This document shows, piece by piece, positions 36,736 to 49,500 of a stretch of DNA of 64,000 nt. The position numbers and the translations under genes were made by a program. The notes under the pieces were generated by a model. It made no database searches. It saw nothing but the letters and a program-made list of their open reading frames with translations, and was not told where the DNA came from. Position 1 is the first letter of the stretch. The number at the start of each line of letters is the position of its first letter. This DNA comes from Callorhinchus milii (taxonomy: Eukaryota): positions 19,160,001-19,224,000 of the forward strand of contig NW_024704742.1 in assembly GCF_018977255.1 (NCBI RefSeq), in the 5' to 3' direction.

Positions 36736-38106
36736 GTAAAGGGTGTTAGAAGATTGGGAATGGATCCATTTGCCCACTTTGTGCACTCAGTGTTGCAATT
36801 AAGCACTCACAGCAAGTATATATTGCAGCACAAAATAGCTATCAACAGAAGCTTCCCTCCATTCTGTCCCAATGATTATGTTGTGCTTTAATCCCCACCA
36901 GAAGTGAGTGCTGTGCACTATACCACTGTAAATACATCCATTTCCGAAAAGCTTTTCACTTTGGAAACTCATAACCAACCTTTCATTCCATCCGTGTGAG
37001 CTGAAGAGTAGCAATCAGATAGTGGTTTCATGCAGGGTCTCAATCCTCTACATTTTAGTTCCAAATGTGATGTTCATTTTAATTGATTAAAATGTTTCAT
37101 TTGTGCCCGAGCAATCATCCTCCAATGGATTTATTAAATTATCATTTTGTCTTCGCTGACAGCAGACCAAACTACACACAGAGGATACTTTTTATCTCTA
37201 TATCCTTTCTATAACCACCACCCGCCCTGCAACGGCTTTCTAGACAGAATTGTACCCAAATATATAATCCGCATAAAACCATTCTTCATATCCCTGACCC
37301 ACAAGATGGATACCACAATTACCAGGAAAAACGCATTTACCGATGGGTAGAGGATGCGTGACTGGTTCAATGTGGCAGTGTCACCTTATCATGTCCAATC
37401 TTGACAGATTGTAAATCACCTGTATCTGTTAAGTCTAATATTATCTGTGCAAAATGCCCTTCATTTCTCACCCCATCACCACCATCTTACTCTTACACTT
37501 GATAAAAATGAATTCCTTTCCATAGGCATTCACCTACAATTGTCATTAAACTTTACAATAAAATCTGTGAAACACTTTCAGAAGTCCTCTTAACATAAAA
37601 AGCACTATTTCAAATGTAATCTTTATTCCTTTGGTTATTATATATTTCATGAACAATCTTTCCCTGTGATAAGTTAAATGCATTACTTGATAACAATATC
37701 TTGAGTTGTTTCCAAAGGCTTTGAATTTGTTTCATAGATGTTTTAATATATGCATGACGGTACAGGAGACAACCTTTCTCTAGGGCTTGCTGCCCTTCTT
37801 TTGCAGACTTTCCAGCTTGGAAGTAGAGTTTAAGTAGAGTAAAGTCTAGTGCCCACATGTGTCAGCCACTCAGCTGACCAAAGTATAATGACTGTTTATT
37901 TGTAGGTAAAGGCAAGTGTGGATATTTTGTAGACAGGAATGCCCTACACACAACCATGAGGTGAATGATCAATTCATCTGTTTGTGAGGACACTGGGAGA
38001 AACTCTCTTCTCTTTTCAAAAACAGTAGTGCTGTATAACATCCCACCTGAACCAGCACATAAGGCTTCGAAGGGCAGCATCTTTGATAATCAGCGCACCT
38101 CCAGCA

Positions 38107-38460
38107 CAAGAACATAAGAACTAGGAGCAGGAGTAGGTCCTCTAGCCTTCCCCGCCATTCAATAAGATCATGGCTGATCTATTCTAACTCCACCTACCCA
38201 CCTTATCCCCATATCCCTTGACCCTTTATCCACAAGAAATCTATCAATCTCAGTCTTGAATATGTTCAAGGACTGAGCATCTACAGCCGTTTGGGGTAGC
38301 GAATTATATAAATTCATTACCCTTTAAGTGAAGAAGTTTTTCCTCAACTCAGTGCGAAAGGCTTATCCCTAATTTTAAGACTGTGATCCCTGGTTATAGT
38401 TTCTCCAACCAGGGGAAAAAGTCTCCCACTATCTATTATGTCGTGCCCCTTAATAATCTT
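38107..38460 (-). mobile_element. CR1 3' fragment (ataagaac-tail subfamily)
   Basis: aagaacataagaactaggagcaggagtagg...ccgccattcaataagatcatggctgatct. Confidence 0.88.
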
Positions 38461-39212
38461 ATAGGTTGTAAACAAATTGTAAAATCAGCCTCGACTACGA
38501 GCCTAGACCATGTATTGATTCATCAAGATTTTATACCATTGAGAATACTGTTGTCCTTTGCAGCTCACTTCACAAAATATTGGATGATGTTTAGTCTTCA
38601 GAACAGGTAGCAGAACAGATGGCTATTTCAGCAACAGATCTAAGCATTTACCACTTTATTCAGACTGCACTCTTGTTCTCCATACCCTGTCATTCTCTTG
38701 TCTTACCATCTGCTGGTGCTTATTGCCTCTGGTTTCTGTGACAGTTGCGAATGTACTTGGGTTTGTCAATTTTTATCATTCAATTTGTTTGAAACCGAGA
38801 AAAGCAGAAAAAGAAGACACTAAAGTAAAACCTGTTTACCGAGGTGCTGCTTGGTGCAGCACTAAATATAACGCACTTTGGGTTTAATAATGAAAAATCC
38901 GAGCTTCGTTCCCATTAAGTACAACAACAACTTGCAATTATATAGCACTCTTCACTCGGGGCAGCTTCACAGGGCAGTTTCTGCTTCCCAGATGCATTTT
39001 TATCCATCATGTGCCATAATTAATATATAAAAATGTTGGTGAGTCAATGGCTAAACATGCCTGAGCAATCTGTTAATTTTATTTCTACTTTCAATAACTA
39101 AAGTTTCAGTCTTACTTATTTCTACACTTTGCTGGCATCACTATTTTATACCCGGGGAAAAATTCCACTGGGCTCTAAATATCGACATTCTTCTTGGTAT
39201 TTCAGAGCATCC

Positions 39213-39542
39213 AATAATAATAATAATAATAATAATCCTTGCATTTGATATAGCGCTTTTCACGTCGGGAGGACGTCCCAAAGCGCTTCACAGAACACAC
39301 TGTAAAGTGAATTGACTGTATATTTGTGGGCGAACGCGGCAGCCAATTGCGCACAGCAATGTCCCACAAACAGTCGTAGATTGAAAATGACCAATTTAAT
39401 TATTGTTTTTTAGTTTTGGAGGGATTATTATTATTAGGCGTGTGGAGTAAGGAAACTTGCCCAAGGTTTCGCCCTGCCTGGAATTGAACTCAGGTCTCTC
39501 ACTTGCAAAGCGAGTGCTCTAACCACTGAGCTACAGGACTCC
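39213..39542 (-). mobile_element. Full-length young SINE, short variant
   Basis: Near-identical reverse complement of 7622-7944, with a long pure (AAT)n tail. Confidence 0.95.
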
Positions 39543-39876
39543 TGTGTCAGGCTTTGTGAAATAAAATTGATTGTTTGTGTAAAAAAAAAGCTTATATTGT
39601 GTAGGGTTGTTCATTGTGATTGGTCCAGAAGCACCATGTAATAAAACAGCAAGATAAAGTAATAAGCTGCAGTGAAGTACATGAAAGTAGCCAGTTGTGA
39701 AATGTGAAGTGAAAATAATTAAATACAAAGGAAATTAACCATTAGGGATGATAACGTTGCTCAGTCTTCTCTCCATTTAATTCCCGTGAGAAATTCCCAG
39801 CTTATTTTTACTTTTCTAGTAAGATCATTTTGCAGCTGATTCTCTGATTGTCATTGTGTTTGTGCTGCATCTGCAC

Positions 39877-40290
39877 AATAATAATCCTTGCATTTGATAC
39901 AATGCCTTATTATTCCATCAAGATGACTCGAAGTTCTTTTTTGACTGTGTATTTTGTGGGAGGAACTTGGCAGCCAATTAAGCACAACAATGTCCCACAA
40001 ACGGCCGTGGAATGAGTGACCGATTTTATTTGGGAAATTGTTGGTCAGAACACCAGGAGAAAATCCCTTCTCTTTTTGAATAGTGCCAAAGGATCTTTAA
40101 TGTCCACCTGAACAGGCAGTTGGGATCTTGGTTTAACATCTCATCCGAAGACGGCATCTCCAAGAATGCAACATCCCCCAGCACTGCATTGGAGTGTGAT
40201 CTTAGACTGCGTGATTCGAAGTTCCAATGTGGGGCTTGAACCACAATATTCTGACTCATAGGGTGAGTGCTAGCTGAGCCAGGCTGACAC
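39877..40290 (-). mobile_element. Full-length Deu-SINE
   Basis: ggtttaacatctcatccgaagacggcatctcc (antisense Deu domain); head gctgagccaggctgacac. Confidence 0.9.
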
Positions 40291-40439
40291 GATGTTACGT
40301 AGAGAGTGACCCTCAAATGACTGTGCTAACACAGGAGTTGAAGATCCAGCTTCTAAAATCCTAGCCTTTTGTGGCTTTATTTCGGTGCATATATTTTCTG
40401 GTGAAAGTAGAACAAAACACCGTCCAATTAGCCTAGTGG

Positions 40440-40775
40440 TTAAAGACTGCAGGTGAAAATGCAGCTAACAGAAGTCTTCAAAATTGTGAAACGTTTTAGT
40501 ACAATAGAAAATTGTAAGGTCTGAGTAAGGGGAGGTCGAAAGAAACCTTTTGTACACAGTGTGAAAATGCTTTATTTTTAGGCTATTAAGACTGAGACTA
40601 TGACAAGCATTAAAAGGGAACCGAGTAAACATTTTAAGAGAAGGAATTTAAAAGTGCATGAGGAAAGAGCAAAGAATTGGGATTGGAGCAGTTAGCTCCA
40701 GGGGATTAGTTAGCATCAATTTAGGCTCAATGTGGCAAATGCCCTATGCTGTAATTTCTATTAATCTATGATTCT
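40440..40775 (+). mobile_element. Old CR1 3' fragment
   Basis: gaagtcttcaaaattgtgaa (EVFKI), ttttgtacacag, terminal tttctattaatctatgattct. Confidence 0.65.
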
Positions 40776-42190
40776 GTAGCTGCAGGATACACAACAGTCC
40801 AAAGCTGTTGCCGCTGAAAATATGGTGAGCTGCATTACCTTATTTGAGATTCCACTCACAGTTCATTTATATTGCCCGCAGGTCTGCTGGTAACTGCTGT
40901 GTGTGACACAAATACTCACCAGCCACCACAAATTCAGAAACACCTACCACTCAATAATTTCCACTGAACGGGATTCAGCTCCTGCTGTGAGCTGCTTCTA
41001 ATACACACACACTTAAATATATTCTATAAACGCTCATTTGAAAATCACTCGCCCCCCCCCACCCCCCATCAGGCACATGTTGTTCCCTCCACCACTGTGA
41101 ATATTTTTTGCGAAACATTTGATGTAAACAATATGTTTTCCTTCCTTAACAACCCCAATTCACAAGAATGGTGTTTCTGCTGACCTCCTGCAACAATCAA
41201 ATTGATCTTCTTTCACTTAAAGGAACACTATACTACAAAGGTAACCCTTTTAACAGAAGGAAATGCTGGACTGCTCACTCATAACGACTCTTAGCAGGAG
41301 GATCCACTTTTGAACAACTTTATAAATCATTTTGCCCAAAAGTTTACAGTCAGTTCACATTACAGTATATTCTGTGAAGTGCTTTAAGATGTCTAGAAAA
41401 TATGAAAAGCGTTATATCAAATGCAAGGATTATTATTATTATCATCATCATCATCATGATTTGCCAAAAGTAATTAGGTTACTGTGGAGCAAAATGACAT
41501 GCATGGCTATATGGGATGGAATTCCACCTGGATCTAGATTCTAGTGTATCTATTAACAAGACTTTCAAAATCCAACATCAGAACCGGTTCAGTCTCTAAA
41601 AGGCTACAGACAAGGTGAAAAACACAATTGTTGCCTAGCGGCCTTGGCAAGAATGTCAATTAACCATAGGGACTGTGAGTAATTGTATTATGCTATGGAA
41701 TGACTCAGAGGAATGGGATTCTGTTGGGCATTAAATTGAGAATTTCTTTTGAACACCAAAATGAAACTCTCCTATCCAAGAAAAATTATCATATTTCTAC
41801 TCTTTAGCATTTAAATTACGTACAACATATTACTAATGCTCTCTGGAAATCCAACCCAGAGTCCTCCCACGTCAGCTCCAACCTCCCCACCTTTAAAGCT
41901 CACCTTAAGACCCAATGTTTTGACCATATTTTCGATCACCCCCCCTCTTGTCACATTACTCAGTGTGGTGAGAGCATCTTTATGGGACAACTTGTGACAT
42001 GCAAGCCACCTCTAGGGGTTTTTTTTGGTCAGCAGTGTCTGACACATCACCTTGCTTCAGATTATTCACAACCAAACTGAGAGTTCCATGCATCCCATCT
42101 ACACATGGAAATTTCAGAGATATCCTTGAAAATGGAATGCACACCCTCTCCCTGTAGGTACACATCCTGCTTACTTAATTCCGGTAAACA

Positions 42191-42759
42191 AAGTCCTGTA
42201 TCTTGCTGGTTAGACCACTCGCCTTGCAAACGAGAAGACCTGGGTTCTATTCCCAGTAGAGCAAAATGCTGGACAAGTTTCCTTACTCCACACACCTCTA
42301 TTTACCTAGTAGTAAGTAGGAACCCAGTCGTTAGCTGATTGGCGGATCACCTTTCCAGTGGTAATCCTTCAAAAAAAAATAAAAATAAATAATAATAATT
42401 TGGTCACTCAATCCATGACTCTTTGTGGAACACTGCTGTGTGCAATTAGCTGCTGTGTTTAGCACACAAAATATAGTCAATTCACTTTACAGTATCAAAA
42501 CACAAAATACTTTAGACGCTGGAAACCTGAAACAAAAACAGAGAGAGCTGGGAAAACTCAGCAGGTCAGGCAGCATCTATGGAGAAAGGAAAGTGAGTGA
42601 ATGTTTCAGGTCCAAGACCCTTCATCAGAACCTGCTGAGTTTTCCCAGCTCTCTCTGTTTTTGTTTCACTTTACAGTATATTCTAAGAAGCTCTTTGAGA
42701 CATTTTAAAGACGTGATAAGGAACTGTATCAAATGCAAAGATTATTGTTATTATTATTA
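42191..42759 (+). mobile_element. CORE-like SINE (long variant) interrupted by a Penelope-type insertion
   Basis: Head 42191-42260 and CORE-like tttacctagtagtaagtaggaaccc. The tail is broken at 42495 and resumes at 42665. Confidence 0.9.
42496..42668 (-). mobile_element. Penelope-like terminal fragment with hammerhead-ribozyme core and fold-back arm
   Basis: Minus strand 42628-42603 reads CTGATGA-A-GGGTC-TTG-GACCT-GAAAC. Perfect 39-bp inverted repeat at 42528-42566/42630-42668. Flanking 15-bp direct repeat ttcactttacagtat. Confidence 0.75.
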
Positions 42760-43564
42760 GACACAGGTTGGCAAGAGCCAAGGCTTCAGAACCCTATAGT
42801 GTCCATTGGGGTAATGCTGGAGTGTAACCAGTTAAAAACCAATTGATATTGCCATCTGGCAAGCTTTCCAACTGCTTGTCCAGCTAGGACCACCCTTGGG
42901 GTTAGGTGTTGGGCTTGCAGGGTTAACAGGGGCTGAGTGGGATGACTCTGTGTCCTCAGTGACTGGGGGCAATCTTTGTTTATGTGCGAGTGGTAAAAAC
43001 TCTGAGAATAAATAGGTATTTCAAAATCTGAAAGCCTGAGAAAATTAAACACATATGCTACCTCATCAAATTATGGCTCCGTGGATACTATTTATCTTTG
43101 CAACATGCATGCTACGGGATGTATTTCTAGAGAGCATCAGTCACTCCCCTGCGGTTTAATAAGTTGATATCGCAATTTAACAACACCTATTGAGATAATA
43201 ATAGAATGCATCACTCCGTGTTGCTCAGTCAGCTTATGTGGGTAAATTGTCTGAATCAACTTCTTCTCACCATAAAGTCTGAAGACATATTTGTGGCCGA
43301 ACAGCTCTGAGGCACTATTTTATTCTTACCTACATGCTTTGAATCGTGACAGTTCTCCCCAAACAGGTCCTGCATAATCGGCAAATTACATCTACAAAAG
43401 CCTGCTGTGCCAGCAAAGTAAATTCCCTTTCCAATTTTCCCTTTCTTTCATGTCCACATGGGAACTCTGCTCTCTAGCTGTGTTGCCAAGCATAGTCCAG
43501 TATTTGGGACTTTGAACTCAATTGTCTAATACAATGCTGGGTTGATGTTTATTTGCAGGAGATC

Positions 43565-43822
43565 TCATCTGCCTATTCTGGTAGATGTTAAAGATCCCAT
43601 GGAAGGGAGATTCTCTCAGTGTCCTGGCCAACTTTCCCCCAAATAAAATTGATCATTCACTTCATTGCTATCTGTGAGGCATTGCTATGCACAAATGGGA
43701 CTGCTGTGTTTCCCTACAAAAATCGCAGTCACTAGACTTTACACTATATCCTGTGTAACGCTTTGAGATGTCCTCCTAATGTGAAAGGTGCTATACCAAT
43801 CTAACAATTACTATTATTGTTA
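43565..43822 (+). mobile_element. Deu-SINE 3' half
   Basis: gatgttaaagatcccatgg...gtgtcctggccaac followed by the tail. Confidence 0.82.
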
Positions 43823-43859
43823 TTTATACAATGAGCTACAATTTTTGATATTCACAAAA

Positions 43860-44151
43860 GGGGGTAGGAAGGGACGATTTGACCCAGCGGTTGGATTCGG
43901 GTTGATGATTTCTAAACAAATATCAAAATGTTCAAAAACAGAAAGTTGTGGAATAATGGTTTTCACTCTCCAGCTTTTTTTGTGGCACATTTAGTGACTT
44001 TCAGAAATCATCATTAGCATTTCCTAAGCCTTTTTCAAATATCACACAAATTAGACCCCAGTATTGACGTTGGTGCGTTTGTTAACAGCTTATTAACAGT
44101 CGAGAGTTGTAGGTGTGCTTTCACTTTCCCATTGGCTTCTAGTTTGCCCCT
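43860..44151 (-). repeat. ~300-bp dispersed repeat, copy 2
   Basis: Reverse complement of 33014-33325. Confidence 0.8.
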
Positions 44152-44609
44152 AGATCTAATGGTGAAGAGACAAGTAGAGTGCGTGGGTGGAATATCACTG
44201 TATTCAGCAGCTGACACTAAAACGTTACAATAATGTACCTACGAGGCTTTACCACATTGTGCCAAACTGCAACTGAAATTTACACCTTAAAATTCAATAC
44301 TCCTTTAATAGGTATATACTGACAGATAGGCAGCTAGTTTGTTGGGAATTAGTGTAACTAGACCATCATTGCTATAAGGACCAAATAAAAATCAGTCTTA
44401 AGTAACAGAGTCCATCGAACCGTTCATCCTTCACTCCTATCTCAGTAAAACTGACAGGAAACACTTAAGAAAATGCACATTTTATACTAAAATGATCTGA
44501 CTAATATAATGCCTTGTTGTTGCTAGGTGACATTGGATAGTGTTCAAGTGTTCAGAGAACAGCATATGAAAGGCAACAAACCAAGATTTTATATTTGTAT
44601 CAGACTCAA

Positions 44610-44893
44610 GTCACCCTAGCTCAGTTGATAACATTCTCAACTCTGGTCAGAAAATTGTGGGTTCAAATCCTGTAATAAGGTCCTTGAATTCATGGTCTAA
44701 GCTGACACTCGAGTGCAATGTTTGGGATGTCCTTACTGCTGGACATGCCATCCTTTGAGTAACACGTTAAATCAATGTCCTGTCTGTCTGTTCAGGTGAC
44801 TTTGTGAGAAAAGGGAGTTTTTCCCAGCGTCCACGCCATGAATCTTCCAGTAATTTAGTCAGTCACCTCATAGCTGTTTGTGGGACACTGCTG
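44610..44893 (+). mobile_element. Deu-SINE
   Basis: ctagctcagttgataacattctc...gtgggttcaaatcc...gctgacactc...gttaaatcaatgtcctgtctgtctgttcaggtg. Confidence 0.8.
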
Positions 44894-45927
44894 AGTTAAT
44901 TAATGCAGATGGTTGGTATACAATGCTTGAATGTGCTGAGCTCGTGTGTAGCATAATTTAGAGACTATGGTAACTTCATCGTTGCTCAACAAATTTGTAA
45001 TCCTTATGTTACACTTTCCCAGCATTCTTCAACATTGATTGCTGGCAAGATGACATCTTGATATCTAGTAAGATGACAGAGCAGACATTACACAACAAAA
45101 TACACAACAATGTGGCAACTTGATAGGAAATATCAGAGCAACATCAAAGTGAGCAAATTATTATACTCAAACTACCATGTTTATCTGATTTAGCTGATTA
45201 ATTCATTGTACTCAAGAGATATTTGTGGATTTTTCTCCTTAATGCACTGTAAAGCGCAAAACTTTCAAATATTTTTTGTGGTGAATTCATATAAGTTTTG
45301 CATGCAGTACATGCAACCTACATATATTTCCATTTCATTCAATGAGAAATTGGTTGTATTATATTGAATTTTGCTCTCTATTGCACACATTGACAGTAAA
45401 GTGGTACAGTGCTAAAATCCTGGCTTTAATAATCTTAAATAATAATGACTCACAAACAGCCATGAAGTGAATGATCAATCTATGTGGAAGATACTCAAAT
45501 CATGTAAACCTAAACAAACAGATAAGAACTTGGTTTAGCAGCTTGTCCAAAGGATAGCAGCTTTGATAATGCAGACTGGAGTGTCAGCCTGGACTGTGAA
45601 CGCAAAGTCCTAACATGAATCAGAAACAGGAAAGTGAATCACTTGATGAACTCAGAATGAGCAGTTCACGAGCTTATTGATGCAGTTAACAAACCTAGTC
45701 ATAAAATGAGATTGACAAAAGGTTTATGGAATCTCAAAGGCCTTCTCCACTCATTTGAATATAGGAGATGTTAGTTGATATGCCAAAACTGTGATATGAG
45801 TCACATTTTTTGTACTATCTAGAGAGAGCTTGTAAACTTCCCATATGTTCTCTTACATAGTCATTGGGAAGCAATTGATAAGTGGTCCCACAATGGGTGT
45901 TTATCATGAATTGATGACTAAATACAA

Positions 45928-46502
45928 AATAATAATCCTTGTATTTGATATAGCGCTTTTCATGTCTTCTCGACGTCTCAAAGCGCTTCACAGAATAGAC
46001 TGTAAAGTGAATTGACCGTATATTTGTGGGCAAATCCTTCATTACTTGTTTAAAACAGAAGTTCCTGAACCATGGTAATAATAATAATCCTAACATTTGA
46101 TATAGCACTTTTCACATCTTCTAGATATCTCAAGGCACTTCACAGTGAATTTACTGTATATTTGTGGGCAAAACAAGGCAGCCAATTGCACACAGCAGTG
46201 TCCCACAAACAGTCATGGATTGAAGTTACCAATTTATTAATTTTTTAAGGAATTGTTACCCCCGGAAAAGTGATCCACCAATCGACTAACAACTGGGTTC
46301 CTCCTTACTGTTAGGTAAACAGGCGAGTGGAGTAAGGAAACTTGCCCAACATTTCGATCTGCCGGAAATCAAACTCAGGTCTCTCGCATGTGAGGCGAGT
46401 GCTACAACCACTAAGCTCACGGCTCCACCCTTAATTTTTTTTTCTTGAGGGATTATTATCAGGCATGTGGAGTAAAGAAACTTGCCCAAGGTTTCACCCA
46501 AG
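45928..46502 (-). mobile_element. Cluster of three CORE-like SINE pieces (tail 45928-46035; full copy 46076-46428; short-variant piece 46430-46502)
   Basis: Two ataatcct...atttgatatagc termini and two ggagtaa(g/a)gaaacttgcccaa segments. Confidence 0.85.
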
Positions 46503-46562
46503 GTACCAGAGATCTTTTAGACTATAGTTACATGAAGTCAAAAAAGGAAGAAAGTCATGTTT

Positions 46563-49500
46563 TCATACAACACAGAAGGAGGCCATTAGGCCCATCGTGT
46601 CTGTGCCGACTCTTTGAAAAGAGCTATCCAAATCAATCCCACTCCCTTGTTCTCTCTCCATAGCCCTGCAACCTTGTCCTCCCCAAATAATTCTCTCTTA
46701 AAAGGTGTTATCGAATTGGCTTCCACCACCCTTTCAGGCAATGCATTCCAAATCCAAACAACTCGCTGTGTAAAAAAAGTTCTCCTCACCTCTGTTTCGT
46801 TTAACAACTATTTTAAATTGGTTTCCTTGCATTACCGACCCACCTGCCTGTGGAAATAGTTTCTCTTTGTTCATCCTATCTTTCTATTAAATCTCCTCTT
46901 AACCTTCTCCAATCCAAGGAGAATAATCCTAGCTTCTCTATCCTCACCTTATAACTGAAGTCCCTCATTCCTGGTATCATTCTGGTAAATCTCCTTTGCA
47001 CCCTCTCCAATGCTTTTACATCCTTCCTAAAGTGTGGGGACCAGAACTGAACACAGTCTCTAGCTGAGGCCTAACCAGTGTTTTATAAAGGTTCATCATA
47101 ACTTCCTGACTTTTGTATTCTATGCCCCTATTTATAAAGTCTAGTAACCCGTATGCTTTTTTAACAGCTCTATCCACCTGTCCTGCCACCTTCAAAGATT
47201 TACTGATATGAACCCCCAGGTCTCTCTGATCCTTCACCCCCTTTAAGATTATACCATCAGCTTATATTGCATCTCCTCATTCTTCCTTCCAAAATGCATC
47301 ACTTCATATTTCTCCACATTAAACTTCAACTGCTATGCGTCTGCCCATTTTATCTGTCTATATCCTCTGCTCCTATCCTCCTCACTGTTTACTACTTTTC
47401 CTAGCTTAGTATCATCTGCAAACCTAGAAATTGTACTCCCCATACCCAAGTCCAGGTCATTTATATAGATCAAAAACAGTGGTCCCAATACTGAACCCTC
47501 GGGATACAACTGCACACTTCCCTCCAATCAGAAAAACAACGGTTCACCATTACTCTCTGCTTTCTGTCTCCCAGCCAGTTCTGTATCCATGCTGTCACTC
47601 TCCCTTTAATACCATGGGCTTCTATTTTGCTTACAAGTCTTTTATGTAGCACTTCATCAAACTCCTTTTGAAAATGCATATGAAGTACATCAACTGCATT
47701 ACCTTCATCCATTCTCTCTGGTACTTGATCAAAGAAACTCTATCAGGTTTGTTAGACATGATTTGCCTTTAACAAATCTGTGTCACCTGTGCTTTATTAA
47801 CCCATATTTTTCTAAGTGAAAATTTATTTTGTCCCGGATTATAGTCTCCAGAAGTTTCCCCATTACTGACGTTAGGCTGACTGGCCTGTAGTTCCCGAGT
47901 TTATTCTTCTGCCCCTTTTTGTACAGGGAGTAACATTTGCAAACCTCCAGTCCTCTGGCACCACCAAATCGAAAGATTGTGGACAGAGCCTCCGTTATTT
48001 CCACCCTACTTCTCTCAGTAACCTAGGATATATCACATCTGGACCTGGTGACTTATCTAACTTGAGCACCAACACCCTTTTTAGTACCTTCTCTTGGTTT
48101 ATTCTCATCTTATCTAATTTCTTTTTCCTCTCCTCTGATACTGTGGCATTGGCTGCATCCTCTTCGTTTGTGAAGAGAGATGCAAAGTACTCATTCAGTA
48201 TGTCAGCCATGTCCTCTGCCTCCACAAGAAGATTTCCTCTTTGGTCCCTAATTGGACCCACCCTACCCTTGACTAACCTTTTATTCTTTATATACTTATA
48301 AAATATCTTAGAGTTCCCATTTATGTTATCCACTAATCTTTTCTCATACTATCTCTTTGCCCCTCTTATTTCCTTTCTCAGTTCTCCTCTATTTTCTATA
48401 TTCTATTTGATTATCTTTTGTATTTTGGACCTGACATTTATCATAAGCTTCCTTTTTCTGTTTTATTTTAATCCCAATTTCCTTACTCATCCAGGGAGGT
48501 TTGGATGTCCTACCTTTCCTTTTGTGGGAATATATTTGTTCTGTCGCCAAACTATCTCCTCCTTGTTCTGTTCCCAAACTACCTGCCCATTGTTTGTTAG
48601 CTGTTTTACCTGCCAATCTTTCTTTCCAGTCCACCTTGGTTAGGTCCCTTTTTAACTCACTGAAATTAGCCATCTTCCAATTGAGTATCTTCACCTTTGA
48701 TTGCTCCTTGTCTCTTTCCATAAGTACTCTAAACCTAATGATGATGATCATTGTTGTCCAGATGTTTTCCTACTGAAACCTGCTCCACTTCCCCCACTTC
48801 ATTCCCCAGAACTAGATCCAGCACTACTTCCTTCCTCGTTGGGCTAGAAACATACTGATCCAGAAAGTTATCCTGCATACATTTCAGGAATCCTTCCCCC
48901 TCCTTGCCCTTTACCCTGTTATTTTACCAGTCTATGTTAGGATAGGTGAAGTCCCCCATTATCACTACTCTATTGATTTTGCATCTTTCTGAAATCTGCT
49001 TGCAGATTTGCTCATCTCCTTCCCAATATTTGGTGGTCTATAGTATACACCTATCAGAGTAACAGCTCTTTTTCTACTTCTTAACTCTAACCAAATAGAT
49101 TCTGTTTTGGACCCTCTAGCACATCGTCCCTTTCCAGGGCCGTAACCGTGTCTTTAATCAATATTGCCAAACCCCTCCTTTTTTACCTTTCCTATCTCTC
49201 CTGAATACATTGTAGCCAGGAATATTCAGCTCCCATTCCTGCCCTTGTTTGAGCCAGGTCTCCATTATTGGCACTACATCATAAGCTTATGTGGCAACTT
49301 GAGTCTGCAGCTCACCAATCTTATTTGCACACTCCATGCATTTACGTACATGCACTCCAAGACCAAGTTAGTCTATTCTGCATTTCTCCCCTGTCTAATC
49401 CCTCCTTTTTCTGGATTACTCCTGATTACATTGCTATTCATCTCTCCTAGCCATCTATGTAACTTGTTTGTCCTCTGTAATGCTACATACTGATCCCCTT

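Noticed and set aside
41332..41544. ORF with a YYYYHHHHH run
   Set aside because: Translation of a SINE (TAT)n/(CAT)n tail.
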